This document shows positions 8,106 through 18,351 of a stretch of 64,000 nt of DNA, piece after piece. The notes under the pieces were generated by a model. The model was not told where the DNA came from. It worked only from the letters and a program-made list of their open reading frames with translations, and did no database searches. The first letter of the stretch is position 1. The number at the start of each line of letters is the position of its first letter. Location of the stretch: positions 30,323 through 94,322 of the forward strand of contig CAKSFN010000009.1 in the NCBI GenBank assembly GCA_934454405.1, given 5' to 3'. Source of the DNA: an uncultured Eubacteriales bacterium. Lineage in GTDB: Bacteria > Bacillota > Clostridia > Oscillospirales > UBA644. A program made the translations under genes and the position numbers.

Positions 8106-8561
8106 ATGCTTTTAATCGGCAGATTCGGTTTGATAGGCAGCTACAATCATACGATAGATTCCAAAAACAGATTGTTCCTGCCCGCAAAGCAGAGAGATTA
8201 TCTCGGTTCGACCGTTATCCTCACAAGAGGTCTTCGCAACTGTCTTTATATGTATACCGCCGAGGGCTGGGAGAACTTCATTTCCGCCATTGAGAACGAC
8301 AACGACTTTATATCCGACGAGGAAACGCTGTATTTCCTCGGTAACGCGCAGGAGGTAGACGTCGATTCTCAGGGAAGAATAACCGTTCCTCAAACGCTTC
8401 GCTCGTTCTTCGGAATAGGCAAGGACGTTACGATAGTCGGCGCGGGACAAAGACTTGAAATCTGGAAGACCGAGGACTGGGAAGCGTTCAACAACGACAA
8501 GAATATCGAAAACAGGATTCTTGCAAACATCAACGAAAAGAAATCTGCGAAAAATGAGTGA
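8106..8561 (+). CDS. mraZ: Transcriptional regulator MraZ
   Basis: MLLIGRFGLIGSYNHTIDSKNRLFLPAKQRD...GRITVPQTLR shows two SpoVT/AbrB-like halves. ATG 8106 follows GGAGG. The longer ORF-track start at 7965 would run through the promoter. Confidence 0.93.
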   Translation: MLLIGRFGLIGSYNHTIDSKNRLFLPAKQRDYLGSTVILTRGLRNCLYMYTAEGWENFISAIENDNDFISDEETLYFLGNAQEVDVDSQGRITVPQTLRSFFGIGKDVTIVGAGQRLEIWKTEDWEAFNNDKNIENRILANINEKKSAKNE

Positions 8562-9483
8562 TTTTGAACATATCCCGGTATTATTCAATCAGACTATCGA
8601 AGGTCTCGCGGTCAAGTCCGACGGAGTTTATGCGGACGGTACCGCCGGCGGAGGAAATCATTCCCGAGCCGTCGGAGAGCGCTTGTCCGATAAAGGAAGG
8701 CTGATCTGCGTTGATCGAGATACAGAGGCTATCGGAGCGTGCAGAGAAAAACTCGCGGGGTTAAAATGCGGTTTGACCCTCTTGCATGCGGACTTCGCAA
8801 GGTTGCCCGAATATCTGCGGAAAAACGAAATAATGCTTGACGGACTGCTGGTGGATCTCGGCGTTTCGTCGTATCAGCTCGACACCGCGGAAAGGGGATT
8901 CTCATATATGGCTGATGCAGAGCTTGATATGAGAATGAACAGGGACGACGGTTTTACTGCGAAGGAGCTCGTGAATACCTATTCAAAAGAAGATATGGAG
9001 AGAATCTTCTTCGAATACGGCGAGGAGAGATACTCGCGCTCCGTGGCTTCGGCAATTGTCGAATACAGAAAATATAAGCCCGTTGAAACAACTCTTGAAC
9101 TTGTCGATATAATCAAAAGCGCGATGCCGCCGAAAGCGCTTCGCGAAAAGCAGCATCCGGCAAAAAGAGTCTTTCAGGCGATAAGGATAGAAGTCAACGA
9201 CGAGCTGAAACAGATAAGCGACCTGCTGGATAACATAATGCCGCAGATGAAAAGCGGCGGCAGAGTTTGCGTTATAACATTTCACAGTCTTGAAGACAGA
9301 ATAGTGAAAACCGCATTCGCAAGAGCGCAGAACCCCTGCACCTGCCCTCCGGATTTTCCGGTTTGCGTCTGCGGAAAAAAACCGCTCGGACGGGCTTTGA
9401 AGCCGATAGTTCCGACGGAAGAAGAGATAAGAGAAAATCCGAGAGCCCGCTCATCGAGGCTCAGAATATTTATAAAGGAATAG
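8554..9483 (+). CDS. rsmH: 16S rRNA (cytosine1402-N4)-methyltransferase RsmH
   Basis: MSDFEHIPVLFNQTIEGL..., GTAGGGNHS, DLGVSSYQLD and FHSLEDRIVK motifs. It overlaps the mraZ stop by 8 nt. Confidence 0.95.
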   Translation: MSDFEHIPVLFNQTIEGLAVKSDGVYADGTAGGGNHSRAVGERLSDKGRLICVDRDTEAIGACREKLAGLKCGLTLLHADFARLPEYLRKNEIMLDGLLVDLGVSSYQLDTAERGFSYMADAELDMRMNRDDGFTAKELVNTYSKEDMERIFFEYGEERYSRSVASAIVEYRKYKPVETTLELVDIIKSAMPPKALREKQHPAKRVFQAIRIEVNDELKQISDLLDNIMPQMKSGGRVCVITFHSLEDRIVKTAFARAQNPCTCPPDFPVCVCGKKPLGRALKPIVPTEEEIRENPRARSSRLRIFIKE

Positions 9484-9484
9484 G

Positions 9485-9889
9485 GTGGACGCATCAATGA
9501 AGAAGAGAACGGGAAAAGACGCTTCGAAAAAGAGTTTCGGCGCGTTTGAAATACTTTCGTGCATCGCAATAGCCGCATTGATGATAATCAGCGTTAACTG
9601 CTATATTAAAAAATATGAAATCAATTATCGCTCCGAGGTGCTTGAAAGAAAATACGGTGAGGCTTACAACGAGGGCGAAAGACTTAAAGTGGAATATCAG
9701 AAGAGAACGGATTACAACAGCGTTTCGGAGTATGCCGAAACCGTTCTCGGTATGAAAAAAATCAGCGACTATCAGGTTATTTATATGCCCGCGACGGAAA
9801 CCGACGAGATGAGAGTCGTTTCTTCCGGCGAAAGCTTTGCGGAAAAGCTCTCAAAGACGTTTTCCATCGTTCTCGAATATTTGAAATAA
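9485..9889 (+). CDS. ftsL: Cell division protein FtsL-like (bitopic, coiled coil)
   Basis: It sits between rsmH and the PBP and has a single TM segment (FEILSCIAIAALMIISVNCYI). The start could be ATG 9497 rather than GTG 9485. Confidence 0.7.
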   Translation: MDASMKKRTGKDASKKSFGAFEILSCIAIAALMIISVNCYIKKYEINYRSEVLERKYGEAYNEGERLKVEYQKRTDYNSVSEYAETVLGMKKISDYQVIYMPATETDEMRVVSSGESFAEKLSKTFSIVLEYLK

Positions 9890-9946
9890 CGTTCGCATAA
9901 ATAATACGGAGAACGCTTCTCGGGAATAATTGACGGGGAATAAAAA

Positions 9947-12163
9947 ATGTCAAGACCTAAGTCAAACAGTAAAACAAGATATGCGGTTATCAGGGTAATA
10001 GCGATGATTGCCCTGATTTGCCTTATAGGAAGACTTTTTTATATACAGATAATAAAACATTCGAAATACGAGCGTATAGCGGTCTCACAGCAGACACAGG
10101 ATATAGCCATCGAGGCGAAAAGAGGCACGATAACGGACAGAGACGGCAATATCCTTGCCATAAGCGCAACCGCATACAAGGTGGTAATGGCTCCGAAGCT
10201 GATAGACAGCGAGGATCTTCGTGAAAAAATATGCGACGGGTTGTCGTCCGCGCTTTCTTCGGACAGAGACAAGATTTATGAAATGACGCTTAAAAATGTG
10301 CAAAGCGTCGAGGTCGCGCGCCGCATAGAAAAGGACGTCGCGGACAAAGTCAACGATTTTATATCGGAAAACAAAGAATATGCCGCAATAATAACCGTTA
10401 CGGAAGACCCGAAAAGGTATTATCCGAACGGAAACACTCTTTCAACGGTTCTCGGGCTTGTCGGGGTTGACAATCAGGGACTTGAAGGCCTCGAATATCT
10501 TTACGACGATTATCTGACGGGAACTGCCGGCAAACTTGTCGCAACAAAAACTTCGATAGGCACGTCGATGCCGTTTTCCTACGAGAGACAGGTTGACCCG
10601 AAGGACGGCTGCACGGTTGAACTGACCGTGGATCTGAAAATGCAGGCGATGCTTGAATCGAAGATAAACGAAGCGAGGGTAGAGCATAACGTTCAGAACA
10701 GGATCGCGGGCATCATTATGGATGTCAACACGGGCGAAATTCTTGCGATGACGTCAAAGCCCGACTTTGACCCCAACGAAAACTATGTGATAAACGACGA
10801 GCTGACGCTCGAAGCTCTTGCCGCCGAATTTGAGGTCGGAAGCTCCGAGTACTACAAGGCGTATAACGAAAAATTCGCGGAATACAAAAAAAACAAGTGT
10901 CTTGAAGCCTACGAGCCGGGCTCTACCTTCAAGATTTTCACCGCGTCTATGGCACTTGAAGAAAAACTTGTCAGCCTTGAGGAAACTTTCTTCTGCAGCG
11001 GGCATCTCGATATCGGCCCGACCCGCGTAAACTGCCACAAAAGAACGGGCCACGGCGCCGAACATCTTAAAGAAGGTCTTGCAAATTCCTGCAACCCCGT
11101 TTTTATGACGCTCGGAATGCGTCTCGGACAGGAAAAATTCTATGATTATCTGACGGTTTTCGGACTTCGCGACAAAACGGGCGTGGGGCTCCCCGGCGAA
11201 CAGACCGGTTACCATCACTCTCTGAAAACGATGACGACTCTCGACCTTGCGGAATCCGCGTTCGGTCAAACGTTCAAAATAACCCCGATGCAGCTTATCA
11301 GCGGCGTTTGCTCCGTCATCAACGGCGGAAATTATATGCAGCCTTATATAGTGCGCAGCATAACGGATTCCGACGGAAATACGGTCGTTTCCAACAAGCC
11401 CACCGTCGTTCGTCAGACAGTTTCGGACGAAACATCCGAGATTATGCGCAAATATCTTGAATTCACGGCGGATTCTTCCGTGAAATCCCACGTTGACGGG
11501 TACCGCATAGGCGGAAAGACCGGTACGTCGCAGAAACTTGATACGAGAGTGGGGCAGGAGGATAACGATAAGCGTATCGCGTCGTATATCTGCTTCGCGC
11601 CCGCGGACGATCCGCAGATAGCGGTTCTCGTCGTTGTCGACGAGCCTGATTCCGAGGTTCAGTACGGTTCTTACATCGCCGCGCCTCTCGGAACATCAAT
11701 AATCGTTCAGGCGCTCAACCGTCTCGGCATCTATTCGACCGCCGAAAACGCGGATAAAACAACCGTTCCGTATGTCGCAGAAATGACGGTTGAGGAGGCA
11801 ACGAAGAAGATTGTCGCTGACGGCCTGCACGTTAAAACGGAAGGCAAAGGCAGCACGGTCGTTGCGCAGCTTCCCGCGGCAAACACCGTGGTTCCTTCGG
11901 GCAGCACCGTCCTGCTTTACACGGAGGACGGCGAACGCGATACGACGACCGTGGTTCCGAATCTCGAGGGCAAAACCCCCGCGGAATGCAATCAGCTGCT
12001 GACAAACAGCGGATTGAATATTGAGATCGTGGGCGGAAACGAAAACGTAACGCCTCTTACGGGCTCCGGCGTAATTGCGTATTATCAAAGCATATCGCCG
12101 GGCGAGACTGTTGAAAAAATGACGACCGTTCAGGTCAAATTCAAAAAAGCGGCTAAAAGCTGA
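9947..12163 (+). CDS. Class B penicillin-binding protein (PBP2B/FtsI/SpoVD type) with two C-terminal PASTA domains
   Basis: 738 aa with an N-terminal TM, the STFK, SCN and KTGT motifs intact, and two PASTA-like repeats at the C-terminus. Confidence 0.93.
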   Translation: MSRPKSNSKTRYAVIRVIAMIALICLIGRLFYIQIIKHSKYERIAVSQQTQDIAIEAKRGTITDRDGNILAISATAYKVVMAPKLIDSEDLREKICDGLSSALSSDRDKIYEMTLKNVQSVEVARRIEKDVADKVNDFISENKEYAAIITVTEDPKRYYPNGNTLSTVLGLVGVDNQGLEGLEYLYDDYLTGTAGKLVATKTSIGTSMPFSYERQVDPKDGCTVELTVDLKMQAMLESKINEARVEHNVQNRIAGIIMDVNTGEILAMTSKPDFDPNENYVINDELTLEALAAEFEVGSSEYYKAYNEKFAEYKKNKCLEAYEPGSTFKIFTASMALEEKLVSLEETFFCSGHLDIGPTRVNCHKRTGHGAEHLKEGLANSCNPVFMTLGMRLGQEKFYDYLTVFGLRDKTGVGLPGEQTGYHHSLKTMTTLDLAESAFGQTFKITPMQLISGVCSVINGGNYMQPYIVRSITDSDGNTVVSNKPTVVRQTVSDETSEIMRKYLEFTADSSVKSHVDGYRIGGKTGTSQKLDTRVGQEDNDKRIASYICFAPADDPQIAVLVVVDEPDSEVQYGSYIAAPLGTSIIVQALNRLGIYSTAENADKTTVPYVAEMTVEEATKKIVADGLHVKTEGKGSTVVAQLPAANTVVPSGSTVLLYTEDGERDTTTVVPNLEGKTPAECNQLLTNSGLNIEIVGGNENVTPLTGSGVIAYYQSISPGETVEKMTTVQVKFKKAAKS

Positions 12164-12261
12164 TTCCGAAACGCGTTTTCGGAAAAGGCTTTGCCCGAAG
12201 CCGGTTTTTTCGGCGAAAAAAACGGAAAGAGAAAGAAAAATAACTTGAAGGGTTGTTTTTA

Positions 12262-13653
12262 ATGAAACTTTCCGAACTTCTCAAAAACGGTGAATTCAAG
12301 GGACGGTATGATCCCGATACGGAAATCGAAAATGTTTGTTCACGCCTCGACGAGTGTGTTGACGGAAGTCTTTTTGTTGCCGTGTGCGGAAGCAGATTCG
12401 ACGCGACCGAGCATATAAAAGAAGCTTTTGAAAAAGGCGCAAAGGCTGTTGTTACCGAAAAAAACGCCGTCGGAGAAAAGGTTTTGCTCTGTCAAAACGC
12501 TCTGTCCGCGCTGTCTGGCATCTGCGCCGCGGAGAGCGGAGACCCTCAAAAGGAGCTGACTCTTGTCGGCTTGACGGGAACGAACGGAAAAACGAGCGCG
12601 TCGTATATCCTTTCACATATAATGAACGGAGCGGGAGTGAAAACCGAGGTCATCGGTTCGGTGAATTTTGAAAACACGACCCCCGAACCGCATATTTTTT
12701 ACCCCGCGCTGAGAGAAATGAAGGACAGGGGAACACAAGCGGTCATCTGCGAGGCGTCTTCGCAGGGGCTTGCCCAGCGCCGTGTTGACCCGTGCCGTTT
12801 TCGCGTGGGTGAATTTCTCAATTTCGGAAGAGATCATCTCGATTATCACAAAACGCTGGCGGAATATTTCGAAAGCAAAAAAAGGCTGAAAGGCCTGTCC
12901 GATATATTTATAGTGAACGGCGACGACGGTCGCACAGCGTCTCTGATTTCCGACGGCGTAAAAACTTTTTCCGCGCTCGGACTTGCGGATTATTCGGCAA
13001 AAAACATTGTTCTGCAAGAGAGCGGAAGTGAGTTTTTGCTTGAACACAAAGGCGAAGAAATTCCGATACGGACGGGACTTATCGGTATGTTTAACATTTA
13101 TAACGCGCTTGCCGCGCTTGCTGCCGCTTCGGAGCTCGGGATACCTCTCACGGACGCCGCAAAGGCGCTTGAAACTCCCGTTGTTATTCCCGGCAGAATG
13201 GAACGCGTTCCCGTAAAAGCGCCGTTTTCGGTGTATGTGGATTACGCGCACACGCCGCAGGCGCTGACTTCCGCGCTTGTCGCATTGAGAAAAATAACCC
13301 GCGGCAGACTTATTGTCGTTTTCGGCTGCGGAGGGGACAGGGATAAAGAAAAACGCCCGATTATGGGCAGAAACGCCGCGAATTTTGCGGATTGCGTCAT
13401 AGTGACTTCCGACAATCCCCGAACGGAGGACCCGGAGGCGATAATCAACGATATCGTCGCAGGCGCCGACAGAACCCGGTTTTCGGTCGTTTCAGACAGG
13501 CGCGCCGCGATAAACCTCGCTCTTTCGAAGGCGCGTGCGGGCGATACGGTTCTGATCGCCGGAAAAGGACACGAGAAATATCAGATAACAGGTAAAAAAA
13601 GATTGCCGTTCGACGACGTTAAGACTGTTGCCGAATATGAATATGAAAGATGA
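12262..13653 (+). CDS. murE: UDP-MurNAc-L-Ala-D-Glu--2,6-diaminopimelate ligase MurE
   Basis: GLTGTNGKTS P-loop and a DNPR motif (the meso-DAP type signature). ATG 12262 is preferred over the TTG at 12253. Confidence 0.93.
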   Translation: MKLSELLKNGEFKGRYDPDTEIENVCSRLDECVDGSLFVAVCGSRFDATEHIKEAFEKGAKAVVTEKNAVGEKVLLCQNALSALSGICAAESGDPQKELTLVGLTGTNGKTSASYILSHIMNGAGVKTEVIGSVNFENTTPEPHIFYPALREMKDRGTQAVICEASSQGLAQRRVDPCRFRVGEFLNFGRDHLDYHKTLAEYFESKKRLKGLSDIFIVNGDDGRTASLISDGVKTFSALGLADYSAKNIVLQESGSEFLLEHKGEEIPIRTGLIGMFNIYNALAALAAASELGIPLTDAAKALETPVVIPGRMERVPVKAPFSVYVDYAHTPQALTSALVALRKITRGRLIVVFGCGGDRDKEKRPIMGRNAANFADCVIVTSDNPRTEDPEAIINDIVAGADRTRFSVVSDRRAAINLALSKARAGDTVLIAGKGHEKYQITGKKRLPFDDVKTVAEYEYER

Positions 13654-13677
13654 AGAGATAAGAACGGAGAAAGAGTT

Positions 13678-15045
13678 ATGTTGCTTTCAGATGTAGGAAA
13701 AATGCTGAATGTCACTTGCAGAGGGGACTGCGAATTTGACGGTTTTGCGATAGATTCCCGCGCCGTCAAGAGGGGGAATATGTTCGTATGTCTTCCCGGA
13801 GCACGGGTTGACGGTCACGATTTTGCGGCGATGGCTGAAGAAAACGGCGCCGCCTGCTTTCTTTGCGAAAGACCTCTCGACACTTCGCTTCCGTGCTGCA
13901 TCGTTCCCGATTCTCTCAAAGGACTTCAGGATCTCGGAAGGGCATACCGTCTTGCTCTCGGCGTAAAGGTCGTGGCGGTCACGGGCAGCGTGGGAAAGAC
14001 CACGACAAAAGAATATATTTCTTCCGTTTTGAGCCGCAGATACGGAACGCACAAGACAGAGGGCAACAAAAACAGCGAAACGGGAGTTCCGCTGACGCTG
14101 CTTGCCGTTTCTCCCGAGGACGAGGTCGTCGTTACCGAAATGGGAATGTCCGCAAAGGGCGAGATCTCCGTTCTGACGGATATTGCCCGTCCCGACGTCG
14201 CGGTCATCACCAATATCGGCGTTTCTCACATCGAGCATCTCGGCTCTCAGGAAAACATAATGCTTGCGAAGCTCGAAATTCTTGAGGGGCTTTCGAAAAA
14301 CGGAACGCTTATTCTCAATTACGATGACGAATATCTCCGCCACGCATATAACGACCTGTTGCTCGGAAAAATTCCGCAGAAGATAATCCGTTACGGTATA
14401 AACAATCCCGATTGCGATGTTGTCGCCTCCGAGATAGTTATGGAGGACAACAGCCTTCGCTTCTGTGTCAAAACGCCCGAAGGCGATATGACCGTCATAA
14501 TGCCCTGCGAGGGAGTGCATAATGTTTATAATTCGCTTGCCGCCGTTTCCGTTGGACTCTGTATGGGCGTTTCGCTTGAAGATATCCGCGAGGGACTTGC
14601 CTCGTTCAAGGGCATTCCTCTCCGCCAGCAGACATACGTGCGCGACGGGCTGAACATAATCGAAGACTGCTACAACGCCAGCCCTTCTTCCATGAAGGCG
14701 GGGCTTGACGTTCTTCGCCGCAAAAACGGCAGAAAAATCGCGGTTCTCGGCGATATGCTCGAGCTCGGTATTTTCTCCGATGAAATGCACGAAAAAGTCG
14801 GCGCGATGCTCGGCGGAATAGACGCTCTTATCGCGTTCGGACATTTCAACGACAGTTACATTGCAGGTGCAAAAAACGCGGGCGTTGCGCCCGAAAACTG
14901 CTATTCGTGCGAAAATAACGAAGAAGCGGCTGTCATACTTTCAAAGATTGCAAAAGACGGCGATTATATCCTTATAAAGGCGAGCCGCGGTATGAGCGGT
15001 GAAAAAATCGCCGAAAAACTTTTTGAGATAAAGGAACAAAAATGA
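13678..15045 (+). CDS. murF: UDP-MurNAc-tripeptide--D-alanyl-D-alanine ligase MurF
   Basis: 455 aa with AVTGSVGKTTTKE, a Mur ligase central and C-terminal domain pattern, and dcw position. Confidence 0.93.
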   Translation: MLLSDVGKMLNVTCRGDCEFDGFAIDSRAVKRGNMFVCLPGARVDGHDFAAMAEENGAACFLCERPLDTSLPCCIVPDSLKGLQDLGRAYRLALGVKVVAVTGSVGKTTTKEYISSVLSRRYGTHKTEGNKNSETGVPLTLLAVSPEDEVVVTEMGMSAKGEISVLTDIARPDVAVITNIGVSHIEHLGSQENIMLAKLEILEGLSKNGTLILNYDDEYLRHAYNDLLLGKIPQKIIRYGINNPDCDVVASEIVMEDNSLRFCVKTPEGDMTVIMPCEGVHNVYNSLAAVSVGLCMGVSLEDIREGLASFKGIPLRQQTYVRDGLNIIEDCYNASPSSMKAGLDVLRRKNGRKIAVLGDMLELGIFSDEMHEKVGAMLGGIDALIAFGHFNDSYIAGAKNAGVAPENCYSCENNEEAAVILSKIAKDGDYILIKASRGMSGEKIAEKLFEIKEQK

Positions 15046-16040
15046 CTTTTTCTCTGTCGGCATCATCTCTTACGGCAATTTCCGTTTCATTCGTTTTCTG
15101 CGTTTTGATTTGCTTTCTGCTTCTGCGTCCCGCGGAGCGGGTTATGTCGCGCCGCAAGATTTCCGTTGTCGAATATCCTTCGTGGCGCAAACGCGCAAAC
15201 GATATTCCTCCCGTCGGCGGAGTGGCAGTCATCGCTTCGGCGTCGCTCGGCTTCCTGCTCGCTGCGGTTACGGGAGGCGGCATCGTTTCGGAATACGTCT
15301 TTTTGCTCGTCGTCGCGGTCCTGTTTGCCTCGATAGGGTTCACGGACGATATGCTGACGCTCACTCAAAACAGAAGATTTTCGTTGCCGCGCTTCGTCGG
15401 CTCCGCTCTCAGGGCGGTTTTGGCGGTCGGTTTCGCCTTCTACTCATATAACCGCAACGGCGGCTATGTTTCATTTTTCGTTTTTTCCGACGGTGCGGAT
15501 TTAGGCGTCTTCTATGTTCCGATCGCCGCTCTCGTCATTCTGTTTTTTACATTTTCCGCGCGGATCACAAACGGCTCGGACGGTTTAAACGCCGTGACCT
15601 GCATCCCCGTTTTTGCCTATCTTTCGCTTCTTGCGGTCGGACGTCAGGGAAGCGGCGACGCAAACGGAGCCTTTGTTTCCTTTTCGCTCCTCGGCGCCGT
15701 TCTCGGTTTTCTGATTTTCGGAAAAAGCCCCGCCCGTATTTTTGAAGGGCGCTCGGGAACGTCGTTCTGCGGCGCCTGCGCCGTTTTGCTCTGTTTTTTG
15801 ATGAAATGCCCGTCGATAATTTTTGTCGTCGGCTTTATATGGCTCGTTCAGGGCTTAAGTTTTTTTCTTTCCCGCGCGGTGTACTTCATCACCCGCGGCA
15901 GACACAGGCTTTTGCCCGTCGCTCCGCTCGATTCTTTCCTGCGCAGCGCGGGAATTTCTGAAAAAACCGTTATTTTCACATATTTTGCGATAGGCGTCAT
16001 TTTTGCCGCGGTCGCGTATATTCTGACCGGAGGTCTTTGA
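15042..16040 (+). CDS. mraY: MraY-family (PNPT) polytopic membrane protein in the mraY slot, with atypical or degenerate catalytic motifs
   Basis: 332 aa. ATGA overlap with murF and TGATG overlap with ftsW. It is collinear with MraY (ANDIPPVGG, GFTDDM, NGSDGLNA), but EGRSGT replaces GDxGS and PLDSFLR replaces PLHHHxE. See findings. Confidence 0.7.
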   Translation: MTFSLSASSLTAISVSFVFCVLICFLLLRPAERVMSRRKISVVEYPSWRKRANDIPPVGGVAVIASASLGFLLAAVTGGGIVSEYVFLLVVAVLFASIGFTDDMLTLTQNRRFSLPRFVGSALRAVLAVGFAFYSYNRNGGYVSFFVFSDGADLGVFYVPIAALVILFFTFSARITNGSDGLNAVTCIPVFAYLSLLAVGRQGSGDANGAFVSFSLLGAVLGFLIFGKSPARIFEGRSGTSFCGACAVLLCFLMKCPSIIFVVGFIWLVQGLSFFLSRAVYFITRGRHRLLPVAPLDSFLRSAGISEKTVIFTYFAIGVIFAAVAYILTGGL

Positions 16041-17242
16041 TGAAAGACAAAGCGCAGCAGAAAAAAAATCCGTTGCTCCGAAAAAAAGGATTGCCCATGT
16101 TCGACATTCCTTTCCTTGTCGGAGTTTTCGCGCTGCTTTTTACGGGGCTTGCCATGCTTTTTTCCGCGGGATACGCGGACGCGCTGAACCGTTACGCAGA
16201 CAGCTACCATTATATCAAAAGTCAGTTGTTCGCCGTTATGTTAGGCCTTATAACAATGCTTGTCGCTTCTTTTATCTCTTATAAATTCTACCGACGGTTC
16301 GCATGGCTTTTTTACGGCGTCTGCGTTGTGCTTCTCATCGCCGTTTTGATATTCGGAAAAGGAGAGCAGAAGCGCTGGCTCAACATCGGCTTTCAGTTCC
16401 AGCCCTCCGAACTTGCCAAGGTCGCCGTCGTGATGGCGCTTGCCGACTATATCGCGCGCAACCGCGACAATATGAAGCAGTTTGTGAAAGGCATAATCGT
16501 TCCCTGCATAATCTGGGGCGTTCCGTGTCTTCTCGTCGCTGTTGAAACGCACCTTTCGGGCGCGATACTTATCGCCGCGATAGGTATAATTATGATGATT
16601 GCCGGAGGCTGCCGCCTTGTCTTTCTTGCCGCCCCTGCCGCAGGCGCGGGCGTTCTGGGAACCGTGCTTGCTTTCAGCATTCCTTATATGAAGGCAAGAA
16701 TAGACACATGGCTCAACCCCGAAACGGACTTGCTCGGCGACGGCTGGCAGGTCTATCAGTCGCTGACCACCATCGGCTCGGGCGGTCTGTTCGGCTTCGG
16801 TTACGGAAAATCGAGACAAAAATATCTTTATATGTCGGAGCCGCAGAACGACTTCATCTTTTCTATCGTCTGCGAAGAGCTCGGCTGGATAGGTGCCGTG
16901 TTCGTTATCGCTCTGTTCGCATTTTTCATCTGGCGCGGCATTTACATCGCCATGCATGCACCGAACACTTTTTCATCCCTTATCGTTATGGGAATCATCG
17001 GCAAAACCGCCGTTCAGGTCATCTTTAACATCGCGGTCGTTACAGGCTCCGTTCCCGTTACGGGAGTTCCTCTTCCGTTTTTCAGCTTCGGAGGCACGGC
17101 TTTGACCGTTCTGCTGGCGGAGATAGGCCTTGTCTTGTATATTTCACGGTTCGCTACCGTTGAGAAGGGAAGCGAGCCCGCGCAGGAGAACAAAACGAGC
17201 GGCGCGGAAGAAGCGGCGACTGCGGAGGAGGGTAATATATGA
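16040..17242 (+). CDS. ftsW: SEDS family peptidoglycan glycosyltransferase FtsW/SpoVE
   Basis: QPSELAKV, GSGGLFGFGYGKSRQKYLYMSEPQNDFIFSIVCEELG and TGVPLPFFSFGGT motifs, with GGAGG 6 nt upstream of ATG 16040. Confidence 0.92.
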   Translation: MKDKAQQKKNPLLRKKGLPMFDIPFLVGVFALLFTGLAMLFSAGYADALNRYADSYHYIKSQLFAVMLGLITMLVASFISYKFYRRFAWLFYGVCVVLLIAVLIFGKGEQKRWLNIGFQFQPSELAKVAVVMALADYIARNRDNMKQFVKGIIVPCIIWGVPCLLVAVETHLSGAILIAAIGIIMMIAGGCRLVFLAAPAAGAGVLGTVLAFSIPYMKARIDTWLNPETDLLGDGWQVYQSLTTIGSGGLFGFGYGKSRQKYLYMSEPQNDFIFSIVCEELGWIGAVFVIALFAFFIWRGIYIAMHAPNTFSSLIVMGIIGKTAVQVIFNIAVVTGSVPVTGVPLPFFSFGGTALTVLLAEIGLVLYISRFATVEKGSEPAQENKTSGAEEAATAEEGNI

Positions 17243-18351
17243 ATTATCTTATTGCCTGCGGAGGCACTTCCGGACATATAAATCCCGCGATAGCGATAGC
17301 GGATGAGCTTCGCCGCCGCGACCCGGACGCAAAATTTATTTTTATCGGAATGAAGCGCAATCTCGAGTCTGAGCTTGTTCCGAGAGCCGGATATGAAATA
17401 AGGTTTATCGAAACCTCCGGTCTCAGCCGCGAGAAAAGCTTTGCCGGCGTGAGACACAACATTCGGATGGTAAAAAAATTTCTCGCTTCAAAAAGAGCGG
17501 TAAAAAAGATAATCGACGGGTTTCATCCGAACGTCGCGATAGGAACGGGCGGATACGTTTCCGCTCCGGCGATACGCGCCGCCTGCGAAAAACATATTCC
17601 CACGGTCATTCACGAGCAGAACGCCTTTGCAGGCGTGGCAACGAAGATGCTCGCGGGCAGAGTTGACAGAATACTGCTGAGTTTCAAGCTTGCAAAGCCG
17701 ATACAGGGCGTTGAAGAAAAAACGCGTCTTGTCGGAAATCCCGTCAGACGGGCGTTTTTGGAGCTTGACAGAAAAACCGCGCGCGCGGAGCTCGGGATTT
17801 CCGAAAACGAAATGGTAGTCCTTTCATGCGGCGGAAGCCTCGGCGCAACAACGCTGAACGAGGCGTTTGTCGGCTTCGCAAAAAAGGTTGCCGCCGACGG
17901 CACAATGAGCCTTTATCACGGCGCGTCACGGGATTATCAGGCGGTCTGTGACGCGTTGAAGGACGTTGAAAACAGAGAAAAAATACACGTTTTTGAGTAT
18001 ATATACAATATGCCGGAGCTTATGGCTGCGGCGGATCTTATCGTTTCCCGTTCCGGCGCAACATCTCTGACCGAAATCTCGGCGCTCGGACGCGCAAGCA
18101 TTCTCGTGCCGTCTCCGAACGTGACCGAAAACCACCAGTATTTCAACGCAAAAACTTTCAGCGACGCAGGCGCGGCTGTTCTGCTTGAGGAAAAGGATCT
18201 TTCGCCCGAAAGCCTTTACGAAGCCGTAAACGGTGTGCTTTTCGATTCGGATAAACTGAATGCCATGGAACGCGCCGCAAAATCGCTGTTCAACGAAAGT
18301 TCCGTTTCCGATATTGCGGACGAGATTTTTGCCGTCGCGAAAAAGAAATAA
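17239..18351 (+). CDS. murG: Undecaprenyldiphospho-muramoylpentapeptide beta-N-acetylglucosaminyltransferase MurG
   Basis: ACGGTSGHINPAIAIA, HEQNAF, GGSLGA and SRSGATSLTE motifs. ATGA overlap with ftsW. Confidence 0.95.
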   Translation: MNYLIACGGTSGHINPAIAIADELRRRDPDAKFIFIGMKRNLESELVPRAGYEIRFIETSGLSREKSFAGVRHNIRMVKKFLASKRAVKKIIDGFHPNVAIGTGGYVSAPAIRAACEKHIPTVIHEQNAFAGVATKMLAGRVDRILLSFKLAKPIQGVEEKTRLVGNPVRRAFLELDRKTARAELGISENEMVVLSCGGSLGATTLNEAFVGFAKKVAADGTMSLYHGASRDYQAVCDALKDVENREKIHVFEYIYNMPELMAAADLIVSRSGATSLTEISALGRASILVPSPNVTENHQYFNAKTFSDAGAAVLLEEKDLSPESLYEAVNGVLFDSDKLNAMERAAKSLFNESSVSDIADEIFAVAKKK

